A stretch of DNA of 48,083 nucleotides, taken from positions 1 to 48,083 of the IMG/VR virus record IMGVR_UViG_3300005096_000100. The stretch is one strand, 5' to 3'. Below the pieces are notes generated by a model. The model did not search any database. It was not told the DNA's origin and saw nothing but the letters and a program-made list of their open reading frames with translations. This DNA comes from a virus. This document shows positions 1 to 8,444 of the stretch, one piece after another; within the stretch, counting starts at the first letter, position 1; every line of letters begins with the position of its first letter. A program made the position numbers and the translations under genes.

Positions 1-91
1 GGATAACGTCACTAAGGTTAAGAACGTATCCAGGATAACTACCATGTCTGCTAACGTTGTGGAGAGTTATAAAAAATTAGGCACAAGTGTT
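1..91. repeat. Terminal overlap: identical to 47993..48083 (circular closure or terminal redundancy)
   Basis: Base-by-base comparison of the first 91 nt with the last 91 nt shows identity. Confidence 0.95.
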
Positions 92-2062
92 AGTACAGTG
101 ATTTTAAATGCAGATAGTATCCTTCGAAATATGGACGGGTTTAAGTCGTTAGGGCCAGCTTATACGTTCATTAAGGGCGGCATAGATAGAGCTATGACGG
201 AAGGATATCTCAAGGGAAGTATCGGGTATACTGCACGCTTAAATAAAGAAGGTGCTAAGCTCAATAAGATATATGACATGTTTAACAAGCGGGAGAAACT
301 TAGAATTGGAACGGAACAAGATATCCCTGGTGTACGCACTAGGCTAACTAAAGAACAGCAGATTTCGGTTATACTAAATATGGGAAATGCTGATAATATT
401 GCTGCTCTATTAGACAGTAAGGTGTTCACCGAAGCAGAGCTAAATGCTATCGTGGACAACGCTAGTAAAAGAGATAAAGAATTTGTACAAGCTATTTGGG
501 ATTTCCTTGGGGAGTTTGCGCCAGAGATTAGAGCTACCGTACGTCGTAGACAGAACCGCAACCCTAAAATGGTTGAAGCTCAAGCAGTGGAAGGTTCGGA
601 TGGCGTACTTCGTGGAGGGTATTACCCTCTTATGTACGACAGCCAAAAAGCTGTGTTAGAAAGCGACGTAAATAACTTAGATGTAGCAGAGATGCAAAAA
701 GTTATGCTTCAAGGAGGTTTTACTTCAAGCCACACTAAAGACGGCCATACGCAGACGCGCAAGGGCTCTGGTGGTCGCCCGGTTAAGCTTGACATGTATG
801 TGCTTATGAACCACGTCAACCAAGTAGTGTATGATTTGGAAGTAGGGGACGCAGTATACGACTCCTACAAAGTGCTGCATCACAGAGATTTGAAGGAAGC
901 TTTTTCCGAACAAGGGCAGATAGATGTTTGGCAAGCGCTAGACCTATGGTTAGGCGACGTTATTACAGGTGAAATAAAACGCGGTGGCGCTGTTGAGTCC
1001 GCGTTTCGACATATCCGTACAGGCACGACTATATCTAAACTGGCTATCAACTTCAGCGTCGCTTTGATGCAGCCACTTGGTTTGCTTCAGACCGCAGTGC
1101 AAATAGGTAAAACTAATACTCTACTTGGACTGTTTGACTTAACGGCCAGTGGTTCTAGTCCGATGGCAACGTATAAATGGGTTACGGACCAATCTGGGTT
1201 TATGGCGAGTAGGGAACAAGCGTATAACAAGGATATCCACGATGCGCAGAGAGCTATTAAACTTGGGGCGCTGTCTAAGGTGCTGCCCGGAGACATTGCC
1301 AGTAATATATCTTCTTATCTGTTCCTGCCCATCACCAAGATGCAGCGATTTGTTGATATTGTAACTTGGCTGGGCGCAAAACGCCAAGGCTTAAAGATGT
1401 TCGACGGGGACGAAACTAAGTCCACCCTCCACGCGGATAGAATGGTGGCCCGAACTCAAGGCTCTGGTACTTTTTCAGAACGTACAGGGTTTGAACGCGG
1501 CACAATAAACAAGAACGTCAGGAACACGGAAGTAGTGCGGTCCTTTTCATTGTTCTTAAATTATTTTGCCGCTAAAGTAAACGTAGCTTACGAACGCACG
1601 GGTAGAACTAACTTCAAGAACCCAGCACAATTCGCTAATTGGGTCTCTGACATGATCTTGTTGTTTGCCGTAGAAGGCGTCATAGCCGCTTTAATACGAG
1701 AAGGCTTACCTGAAGATAGCGATGACGATGGGGAGCCTGATTGGATATTATTTGTCTTGTGGGAGACTGCTAAGAATGCTGCCGCCGGTATCCCGGTCCT
1801 TAGAGAAGTTGTAAGCGCGGCGGAAGGTTTCGACACAGGTGGTGCTATTGGTAGCTTCCTTGGCACTGTTGCTAGAGCGGGTAAACAGATATCTCAAGGT
1901 GAAGTTGACGCCGCAGCTTTAAAAAGTGTGAACAACATCGCAGGAACTTTATTCAAATACCCAACTAGCCAAATCCACAAAACAGGGCAAGCCGTCATGG
2001 ACAGTGTAGACGGTGAAGAGGTGGAGTGGTGGGAGTTTATCACTGGGCCACGCAGGGATTGA
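1..2062 (+). CDS. 3-prime part of the giant virion/ejection-type protein gene. It continues 44841..48083 across the junction; combined length about 1737 aa.
   Basis: The frame of the 44..2062 ORF is open back to base 2. Base 44 equals base 48036, and 48036-44841 = 3195, which is divisible by 3, so the two pieces are in frame. The position, after gp14/gp15-like genes and before the tail fibre, mirrors T7 gp16. Confidence 0.75.
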   Translation, partial: DNVTKVKNVSRITTMSANVVESYKKLGTSVSTVILNADSILRNMDGFKSLGPAYTFIKGGIDRAMTEGYLKGSIGYTARLNKEGAKLNKIYDMFNKREKLRIGTEQDIPGVRTRLTKEQQISVILNMGNADNIAALLDSKVFTEAELNAIVDNASKRDKEFVQAIWDFLGEFAPEIRATVRRRQNRNPKMVEAQAVEGSDGVLRGGYYPLMYDSQKAVLESDVNNLDVAEMQKVMLQGGFTSSHTKDGHTQTRKGSGGRPVKLDMYVLMNHVNQVVYDLEVGDAVYDSYKVLHHRDLKEAFSEQGQIDVWQALDLWLGDVITGEIKRGGAVESAFRHIRTGTTISKLAINFSVALMQPLGLLQTAVQIGKTNTLLGLFDLTASGSSPMATYKWVTDQSGFMASREQAYNKDIHDAQRAIKLGALSKVLPGDIASNISSYLFLPITKMQRFVDIVTWLGAKRQGLKMFDGDETKSTLHADRMVARTQGSGTFSERTGFERGTINKNVRNTEVVRSFSLFLNYFAAKVNVAYERTGRTNFKNPAQFANWVSDMILLFAVEGVIAALIREGLPEDSDDDGEPDWILFVLWETAKNAAAGIPVLREVVSAAEGFDTGGAIGSFLGTVARAGKQISQGEVDAAALKSVNNIAGTLFKYPTSQIHKTGQAVMDSVDGEEVEWWEFITGPRRD

Positions 2063-2066
2063 TAGC

Positions 2067-2095
2067 TTGCAAAGTTTAAGTTTATCTTCTATAAC
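2067..2095 (+). promoter_or_regulatory. Sigma70-like promoter candidate TTGCAA-17-TATAAC
   Basis: Hexamers read directly. The predicted start falls at the first bases of palindrome 2099..2114. Confidence 0.4.
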
Positions 2096-2098
2096 AGT

Positions 2099-2114
2099 GG
2101 TATCACGTGATACC
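2099..2114. repeat. Palindrome GGTATCACGTGATACC, perfect
   Basis: Intergenic, 17 nt upstream of the tail fibre ATG, immediately downstream of a sigma70-like -10. Confidence 0.95.
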
Positions 2115-2130
2115 TCCACGGAGACATTAG

Positions 2131-3621
2131 ATGACGGTAGTCAATCAGACTCTTAAGATAACAGGTACGGGAAACGGGTCTGCTTTTGCTTTCTCAATTT
2201 CCCCCATGGTACTGCTGTCGGCGGATGACTTAGTGGTCCTCCATGTGGATACCAACGCTAACCCTAGTGTCACAACAACGCTTATCCGAGGGACGGGTGC
2301 AGCTAACTATAGCGTGGCCGTCTCTTTATTCCCCGGCACCGGCACAGTAACGTACCCGGCAGATGAAGCTACACCTATGCCGGTTGGAGAGTTTATCTTC
2401 ATCAAGCGTCTGCTGACTATCGAACAGCAAGTGAACTTCGAAAACCAGGGAGGTAGTCTGGCAGAAGTTAGAGAGCAAGCTTTCGACCGTTTGACGATGA
2501 TCGCATTGCAGCAGCAGGAAGACATCGACAGGTCGATGAAAATACCCAGCACTTTTACGGGGGTGATTGGGGAACTAGACACGCCCGTAGGCAATAGGTA
2601 TGTGCGACGGAACTCCGCAAACACGGCTTGGGAACATGTAGCTATCGCCACTGCTGAAGCGAGCGCGGGTGACGCGACGCCGACAACATCTTCTCTAGTT
2701 GCTGCTGCTGCGGGAGCCGGTGCCGACTTCTCTCGTGAGGATCACCAGCATCTACTGCCTACTATAACGGTGGCCAAGGGCGGAACGGGGGCTATCACTG
2801 CCGCTGCTGCTCTAGTGGCGTTGGGTGCTGCTAGTTTGACCACTGTTAACACCTTCACTAAAACCCAGACTTTAGTTAAAGGTGCAGACCTTGCTTCAGC
2901 AGCTTCATTGGCGCTGGGTACAGATGGTAACTATTTCGATGTCACTGGCAATATGACAATTGGCACGATTACTGGTTTAGCCGGAACCGAATTTACGCTT
3001 CAGACCGACGACGTGCTAACGCTCACGGATAGTGCTACGCTGGATATGGGCGGGCTCGATATTGTTACAGCAGCCGGTGATCGTTTTAATTTTTACATGG
3101 TAACAGATTCTTTAGCGCAGTTAACGAGCGCAATGTTCGAAGGGATTGGAGCCCCCCGCATATTTGGCAAGATTTTACAAGTCGTCAACGCTCAAACTGG
3201 CGCAGTAGCCACTGGCACTACGACAGTACCAAAAGACGACACGATCCCGCAAAGTGGAGAAGGCGATGAGTATATAACGCTCGCCATCACGCCTGGGAAT
3301 GCTCTCAATACACTACTTGTTGAGGCAGAAATTAATTTATCCCATGCCGGCGGTGCGGGGACTACATTAGCCGTAGCTCTGTTTCAAGATAGCATCGCGG
3401 GTGCGATAGCCGCGTCGTTCGATAGTCAATCCGAGGGGGGCCGGCCGGGAGTCGTCACGCTATCTCATAAGATGGTAGCCGGAACGACTTCGGCGATCAC
3501 TTTCAAAATGCGAGCCGGCTCCGACACCGCTGGCACCATGACCTTCAACGGCCAGGGTGGCGCGCGGATATACGGCGGTGTCCTGGCCTCATCCATAACC
3601 ATTATGGAGATAGCGGCATGA
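2131..3621 (+). CDS. Tail fibre protein
   Basis: 496-aa ORF with a GGAG RBS. The N-terminal ~130 aa resemble the conserved virion-attachment domain of podovirus fibres. The distal part is Ala/Gly/Thr-rich and includes SREDHQH. The gene sits in the gp17-like position. Confidence 0.6.
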   Translation: MTVVNQTLKITGTGNGSAFAFSISPMVLLSADDLVVLHVDTNANPSVTTTLIRGTGAANYSVAVSLFPGTGTVTYPADEATPMPVGEFIFIKRLLTIEQQVNFENQGGSLAEVREQAFDRLTMIALQQQEDIDRSMKIPSTFTGVIGELDTPVGNRYVRRNSANTAWEHVAIATAEASAGDATPTTSSLVAAAAGAGADFSREDHQHLLPTITVAKGGTGAITAAAALVALGAASLTTVNTFTKTQTLVKGADLASAASLALGTDGNYFDVTGNMTIGTITGLAGTEFTLQTDDVLTLTDSATLDMGGLDIVTAAGDRFNFYMVTDSLAQLTSAMFEGIGAPRIFGKILQVVNAQTGAVATGTTTVPKDDTIPQSGEGDEYITLAITPGNALNTLLVEAEINLSHAGGAGTTLAVALFQDSIAGAIAASFDSQSEGGRPGVVTLSHKMVAGTTSAITFKMRAGSDTAGTMTFNGQGGARIYGGVLASSITIMEIAA

Positions 3622-3890
3622 GCAGCTTAGCCGAAGTCCTAGAATTCAAATTCCCTGCTGTCGAGGGTATTAGAACGCGGGAAAGCGAAAACGGTGGTAT
3701 GGAGATTTTCGACTGGCCCGGCCCTGGTCTGACGCCGACGCCGACACAAATAGCGGTATGGACAACCGAATACGATAGCCGCGTTATCACGCCTGACCCG
3801 ATCCAGGCTGCGACAACCTTAGATGAGCTAAAGACTGCACTGGTTGACCGCGTGACGCCACGTCGATTTAAGCAGGCGAATAGGTCATAA
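3618..3890 (+). CDS. Hypothetical protein (90 aa)
   Basis: ATGA start/stop overlap with the fibre gene suggests translational coupling. Confidence 0.5.
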   Translation: MSSLAEVLEFKFPAVEGIRTRESENGGMEIFDWPGPGLTPTPTQIAVWTTEYDSRVITPDPIQAATTLDELKTALVDRVTPRRFKQANRS

Positions 3891-3935
3891 GTTAACGTCG
3901 TGATATTTAGGCGTATCAACCTGGGAGTTATATTA

Positions 3936-4130
3936 ATGTCACAATACCCCGATGCACTGGTTACGGAACTACAGCAAGAATTGACTAATTCCATCGCTTC
4001 AAAGATATCGAAAGGCGCTCAACTACGTGAAGCTAAACAAGTCATCGAAGCGCAGGAAGCAGTCATAGCTGATCTGAAACAACAAGTGGAACGACTGTTG
4101 GCTCCACAGCTAGATGTTGGTATCACGTGA
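3936..4130 (+). CDS. Hypothetical coiled-coil protein (64 aa)
   Basis: ATG at 3936 is preceded by GGGAG, whereas the ORF-track start at 3900 is GTG without an RBS. The stop TGA lies inside the palindrome copy at 4119..4134 (protein ends ...GIT*). Confidence 0.45.
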   Translation: MSQYPDALVTELQQELTNSIASKISKGAQLREAKQVIEAQEAVIADLKQQVERLLAPQLDVGIT

Positions 4131-4134
4131 TACC
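4119..4134. repeat. Palindrome, perfect
   Basis: Straddles the stop of 3936..4130, 25 nt upstream of ATG 4159. Confidence 0.95.
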
Positions 4135-4158
4135 GATACAGCGTAGACAGAGGATTTC

Positions 4159-4503
4159 ATGGTGGACGCAGTAAGTATAGAAGTTGCGCAACTACGAACG
4201 GAAGTTGGTAGTTTGGGGAAGAAGCAAGCTGGCGTGTCCGCTACCTTGCAAAACCACATTGTCCACGACGATGATCGTTTCGGGATGCTTAGAGACGATC
4301 TAAGGACCACTTCAGATGACTTCAAAACGATGGCTACGAAACTATCTGAAAGTACGGGGAAGCTTCACGCGAAGATAGACACCTTCAAACATAGTGTGAT
4401 GACTGCTTCTCTGGTCATAACGGCCACCATGCTGCTTAGCGCGGCAGGCGTCATATGGGCGTTGCTGCAATACCAAATCATACATCCTGCGACGGGGGCA
4501 TGA
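4159..4503 (+). CDS. Hypothetical membrane-anchored protein (114 aa)
   Basis: Coiled-coil-like N-terminal part and one C-terminal hydrophobic helix (MTASLVITATMLLSAAGVIWALL). Confidence 0.5.
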   Translation: MVDAVSIEVAQLRTEVGSLGKKQAGVSATLQNHIVHDDDRFGMLRDDLRTTSDDFKTMATKLSESTGKLHAKIDTFKHSVMTASLVITATMLLSAAGVIWALLQYQIIHPATGA

Positions 4504-4506
4504 CCA

Positions 4507-4788
4507 ATGGCCGAGGTTTTTAAAACTCCCGTAACCGGGACTTTTACAAGTACGGGGGCGAGCGCCGCTTTCGTAACTCGTGAGGGCTTCAACATCTCAC
4601 TACGAGATTTTGGCGATGCTGAAGTGCAGCTACAACGGTCTTTCGACAAGGGCGTTAACTGGGGGGTTGTTGAAGCTTTCACGGCGAATGCAGAGAAGCG
4701 CGTGGACGATCCTGAAAGCGGAGTATACTACCGCTTCAATTGCTCGTCTTATACATCCGGCACGATAGTTTACAGACTTAGCAGTTAG
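4507..4788 (+). CDS. Hypothetical protein (93 aa)
   Basis: Compact ORF 3 nt after the previous stop, within the tail accessory region. Confidence 0.5.
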   Translation: MAEVFKTPVTGTFTSTGASAAFVTREGFNISLRDFGDAEVQLQRSFDKGVNWGVVEAFTANAEKRVDDPESGVYYRFNCSSYTSGTIVYRLSS

Positions 4789-4799
4789 GAGCAACTACT

Positions 4800-5795
4800 A
4801 TGAGAACCTTAGACGTATACACTCTAGAGAACGCTGCGAAGCATTACGCAGAGCAATTCACGATGGAAAGTGTGAAGGGTTTATTATCGGATAAATTCAT
4901 CGGCGGCTACGGTTACGTCCTACAAAACATGTTTGATCTCACTTTCAAAGATGAGTATGAACGTGTACTAGCTGCGCTTACTGACCAACTATCTCAAGAC
5001 GATCTTACGAAGTTCAAACGAAACTTCAGAGGGTACCACTACCCTCGCAGCGATGACGTTCTGGAAGAACTACTACTTGAACGTCTCGCCCTCAATCCGT
5101 TGGGGGAGCACGTTCATGGGTTTGTCGGAAAGACGCAGGTAGGTAATCGTCGCGTCGGCTCCACAATTGTAGAAAGCGAGCTACGTCGCAAACCTACCGG
5201 AGTGAAGAAATTTCTAGGTATGAAAGGTGAGTTGATCGAGAAAGTTTTCCGCGTCAAGCCTGAATACTGGCCAGTGTACGCTGGAGAGCTTACGGAACGT
5301 GCGGCGGGCAGTGATGCGGTCGATGAGCTGCCGAAGGGCGCAGAACCTTATACCGAGATGGTGTTGGCGCTAAACCCCCGTATCGCTAACGTTGCTGCTA
5401 TTGCTGCCGCCGATGCAATCGTTGACTTAATCGACGGGGGTACTTCGGCTGGTAATATCCGTGGGCGCACTGGAGCACAGCCAGCGGGTGCGGATGAAAC
5501 CGAAACAGGTACTCTGCTGTTTACGCTTGTCATGTCTGACCCAGCATTCGGTAACGCTGCGGACGGCACACCCGGCGGAGTAGCAACAGCATCCGCAATC
5601 ACGGACGATAGTTCCGCAGACGCCACAGGTACGTTAGGATATTGCAGAGTGGCCGCAGTTGGGACTTCACCGGACGACATTATGGATGGAGAAGCTGGTA
5701 CTAGCGGTGCTGACTTTAACTTTAGCACTTTGTCTATCGTATCTGGGGCTACCATATCCATGTCTTCATTTACTGTAACTATGCCGGAGAGTTAA
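4800..5795 (+). CDS. Hypothetical virion/tail accessory protein (331 aa)
   Basis: Long ORF with an RBS-like GGAG upstream and a Gly/Ala/Thr/Asp-rich C-terminal domain. No catalytic motif recognised. Confidence 0.55.
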   Translation: MRTLDVYTLENAAKHYAEQFTMESVKGLLSDKFIGGYGYVLQNMFDLTFKDEYERVLAALTDQLSQDDLTKFKRNFRGYHYPRSDDVLEELLLERLALNPLGEHVHGFVGKTQVGNRRVGSTIVESELRRKPTGVKKFLGMKGELIEKVFRVKPEYWPVYAGELTERAAGSDAVDELPKGAEPYTEMVLALNPRIANVAAIAAADAIVDLIDGGTSAGNIRGRTGAQPAGADETETGTLLFTLVMSDPAFGNAADGTPGGVATASAITDDSSADATGTLGYCRVAAVGTSPDDIMDGEAGTSGADFNFSTLSIVSGATISMSSFTVTMPES

Positions 5796-5808
5796 GGAAG
5801 TAAAAAAT

Positions 5809-6336
5809 ATGGCTAAGTTAATTTTCCGCAGCACTGACAGTCCTCTATCACAAGGATATAAAGACGGGGACCTTGTAGAGATATTTCCTGACGGACATGT
5901 CTTCGGGAGTTCAGAGACTGCTGAAAATTGGGTAAACAGTGGACGACTTTTAGAGGACTGGCACGCTAAACTTATCCTTGTTGACATCCCCGGCAGTGTG
6001 GAAGATTTATCCGCTCTACTATACGCAGGATTTACGGGGGCAGGAAAGCCTAGTGGCGCTAATGTGGTTCGGCGGCAGTTTAAGACAGACGTTAATCAAC
6101 TAGAAAGACGTGATGTATCTTTCTATTCCCAAGATGATCTTGTGAACCCCTCACGACCAACGGCTATGCGTTTGGGGGAAAGTAACCTGGAGAAACCCAT
6201 CCGACGAGACACGCTTAGAGCATATAATTTTGTGGAGCGGGTCGGCAGTACGCTGCTTTTGCCGTACAGGACGGTCAAGCCTGACACTGTAGAGTACTAT
6301 GAAGAGTCCGTGCCCGATCCAGAGATACCTCAATGA
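5809..6336 (+). CDS. Hypothetical protein (175 aa)
   Basis: ORF with an AGGAAG RBS. Its stop overlaps the next start. Confidence 0.55.
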   Translation: MAKLIFRSTDSPLSQGYKDGDLVEIFPDGHVFGSSETAENWVNSGRLLEDWHAKLILVDIPGSVEDLSALLYAGFTGAGKPSGANVVRRQFKTDVNQLERRDVSFYSQDDLVNPSRPTAMRLGESNLEKPIRRDTLRAYNFVERVGSTLLLPYRTVKPDTVEYYEESVPDPEIPQ

Positions 6337-7727
6337 CAGCTCACACTTTCGATATAGCCGCGACAGGAGGCGATTATTCTTCTCTGTCTACTTGGGAGGC
6401 TGCTGAACAATCGACCATTGCTGACGGAGATTTCTTCGTTTGCTATATATTCGAAAGCTACGCTAATACTACTAATTTAGCGATAGCAGGGTGGACCTTT
6501 ACAGGGGACGCTCACTTAGTTTTTACAAAAGACCCGTTGGCGACACACCATCAAGGAATCCCTGGTGTCGGGGCCACTATTAATCATAGAGTTATTATGC
6601 AGAATAGCTCTGGATATCTTCTCTGTACAGACTTATATTTTCTAAGCGTAAATCAATGTCTCGGTGCTAGTCATTGGGGAAACTCAGATGATGTTCGAGC
6701 ACATAGATGTATATTCAAATCGACGGCAAGTTACGCCTTCCCTTATTCTCACGCTGGCGGTGCGGGCGGGCATGATTACCAGCTATGGAATTGTCTATTT
6801 TGGGATAGTTATAGCTGGGGCGCAAGCATAGATAACGGAACAGGTGTACTTGGGACGGTAGATTGTCGTAACCTTACTCTAATTGGAGGTAACACCCAAG
6901 GCAGTATCTATACTGGGGGCTTCAGAATATCTGGGAGCCAACTGGGTTTCACCGGCACCGCCAACAATATCACAATATTTGATAATCCCGAAGGAAGTAA
7001 TACTGACGAGTTCACTGTAGACGAAGCCGACATTATTCCTTATGCCATCGGGGCAGAGGACGGCAGTGAAACTGGGACGAACTCTTTCGTATCTAGGAGC
7101 GCAGAGTTCACCGACCATGACAATAACGACTGGACAGTAGCGGATACAGACAGTCGAATGTATAATATAGGGTTCGATAACAGCGCCGTCTTCACAGACG
7201 ATATCCGAGGAATTACTCGCACCCAATGGGACAGCGGGGCTTTTGGGTTTGTAGCAGCTAGTGGTAATACAGCCGCGCTATCTTTAACAAATCTATCTAT
7301 GTCTGCTTCTGGCGTAGAGGAAATAGTATCTTCCGCAGCCGCAGCATTGTCTATGGCGATAGTGGCTGCTTCAGCAACTCAAGGGATACCTAGCACGGCC
7401 ACGGCCACATTAGCTGCTGCCCTAATGGTGGCCTCTGGGGCTTCGCTTGATGGGATATCCGGCACCGCAGTCGTTACTCTGGGGGCTCCTGCACTGGTGG
7501 CCTCTGGTGATGAGACTATGACGGCGACCGCTGCTTTAGCGCTGTCGTTTATAGTGCTGGATGGGTTAGGTATAGCCGGCATAACAACTTCAACAGGCGT
7601 CATAAACCTACCAGCCCTTAGTGTGATCGCGGGAAGACTTGAAAAGTTAGGTATCAAAAGTCCCGCCGTAATAAGAGCGTTAACTTCTAATTTAGTATCA
7701 AACCTCATAAGTAAACTGAATGGGTGA
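6333..7727 (+). CDS. Putative tail fibre/spike-like protein with a repeat-rich C-terminus (464 aa)
   Basis: ATGA overlap with the upstream gene. The central region looks beta-rich. The C-terminal ~130 aa form about six Ala/Ser/Thr/Gly-rich units of ~21 aa. Confidence 0.45.
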   Translation: MTAHTFDIAATGGDYSSLSTWEAAEQSTIADGDFFVCYIFESYANTTNLAIAGWTFTGDAHLVFTKDPLATHHQGIPGVGATINHRVIMQNSSGYLLCTDLYFLSVNQCLGASHWGNSDDVRAHRCIFKSTASYAFPYSHAGGAGGHDYQLWNCLFWDSYSWGASIDNGTGVLGTVDCRNLTLIGGNTQGSIYTGGFRISGSQLGFTGTANNITIFDNPEGSNTDEFTVDEADIIPYAIGAEDGSETGTNSFVSRSAEFTDHDNNDWTVADTDSRMYNIGFDNSAVFTDDIRGITRTQWDSGAFGFVAASGNTAALSLTNLSMSASGVEEIVSSAAAALSMAIVAASATQGIPSTATATLAAALMVASGASLDGISGTAVVTLGAPALVASGDETMTATAALALSFIVLDGLGIAGITTSTGVINLPALSVIAGRLEKLGIKSPAVIRALTSNLVSNLISKLNG

Positions 7728-8187
7728 TATCATGCGAATTGAAGTACAAAGAATAGTTGAAGACGGTGAAGCTACTCTTTCCACCATTAGCTTAGAAGGT
7801 TCTGTGTTTAGCTTCGGTCTGGAAGACCAGAGACAGGCTATCGCTAAAGTCATGGATGAAACCAGGGTGCCAGCGGGGAGCTACCGTACTTTGTTGCGAG
7901 ATGCGGGCGGCATGAATAAACGTTACCACGCGAAGTTCCCTCAAATACACAAGGGTATGCTCCATCTGCAAGGTGTGCTGGGGTTCACTTACATATACTT
8001 TCACATCGGGAACACAGACGACGATACGTCGGGCTGTATATTGGTGGGCAGAGGTGCCAGTATATTGCAGAAGGGGTTAACTGTACAGAGCAGCACACCG
8101 GCTTACTTAGAACTATATAGCGCGGTATCCGAAGCCGCATTCAGAGACGAATTAACCACGGAAATCTACGACATAGTGAGGAACTAA
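7720..8187 (+). CDS. YkuD/L,D-transpeptidase-fold-like protein (DUF5675-like); candidate cell-wall enzyme
   Basis: The motif FHIGNTDDDTSGCILVG resembles the His...SxGC catalytic signature. An alternative start is at 7732. It is the last-but-one gene of the late block. Confidence 0.4.
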   Translation: MGDIMRIEVQRIVEDGEATLSTISLEGSVFSFGLEDQRQAIAKVMDETRVPAGSYRTLLRDAGGMNKRYHAKFPQIHKGMLHLQGVLGFTYIYFHIGNTDDDTSGCILVGRGASILQKGLTVQSSTPAYLELYSAVSEAAFRDELTTEIYDIVRN

Positions 8188-8189
8188 CC

Positions 8190-8444
8190 ATGTATAAGGA
8201 ACTGCTAGACAAAGCTGAAGTAACCCGTAGCGAATTACTCATTGCTTACGAACAGTTGAACAAAGACCGTGACCGCTTCCAAGCAATACTGGGGGTCGAG
8301 GCCACTGGTGCAGAGGTGACAGGACTGCTTAAGAAGTATGGACCTATGGTGTTAAAATACACTACCGCAGGTGGGGCTGGAGCCGGTGTCCTAGCTGGAC
8401 TGGGGAACGTATTCCCCAGCATAGCTAAGATTTTTGGGGGCTAA
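8190..8444 (+). CDS. Small protein with a Gly-rich hydrophobic C-terminus (84 aa); holin-like candidate
   Basis: The C-terminal TTAGGAGAGVLAGLGNVFPSIAKIFGG segment and its position next to the candidate wall enzyme. Confidence 0.4.
   Translation: MYKELLDKAEVTRSELLIAYEQLNKDRDRFQAILGVEATGAEVTGLLKKYGPMVLKYTTAGGAGAGVLAGLGNVFPSIAKIFGG

Noticed and set aside
1-91. 91-bp direct terminal repeat as the true physical ends of the genome.
   Set aside because: The repeat falls inside a long ORF that is in frame across it. Circular-assembly overlap or circular permutation is more likely. This cannot be settled without reads.
2131-8187. Diversity-generating retroelement in the tail-fibre region, considered because some capsid proteins look BPP-1-like.
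   Set aside because: There is no reverse transcriptase ORF anywhere, and I could see no template/variable repeat pair by eye.
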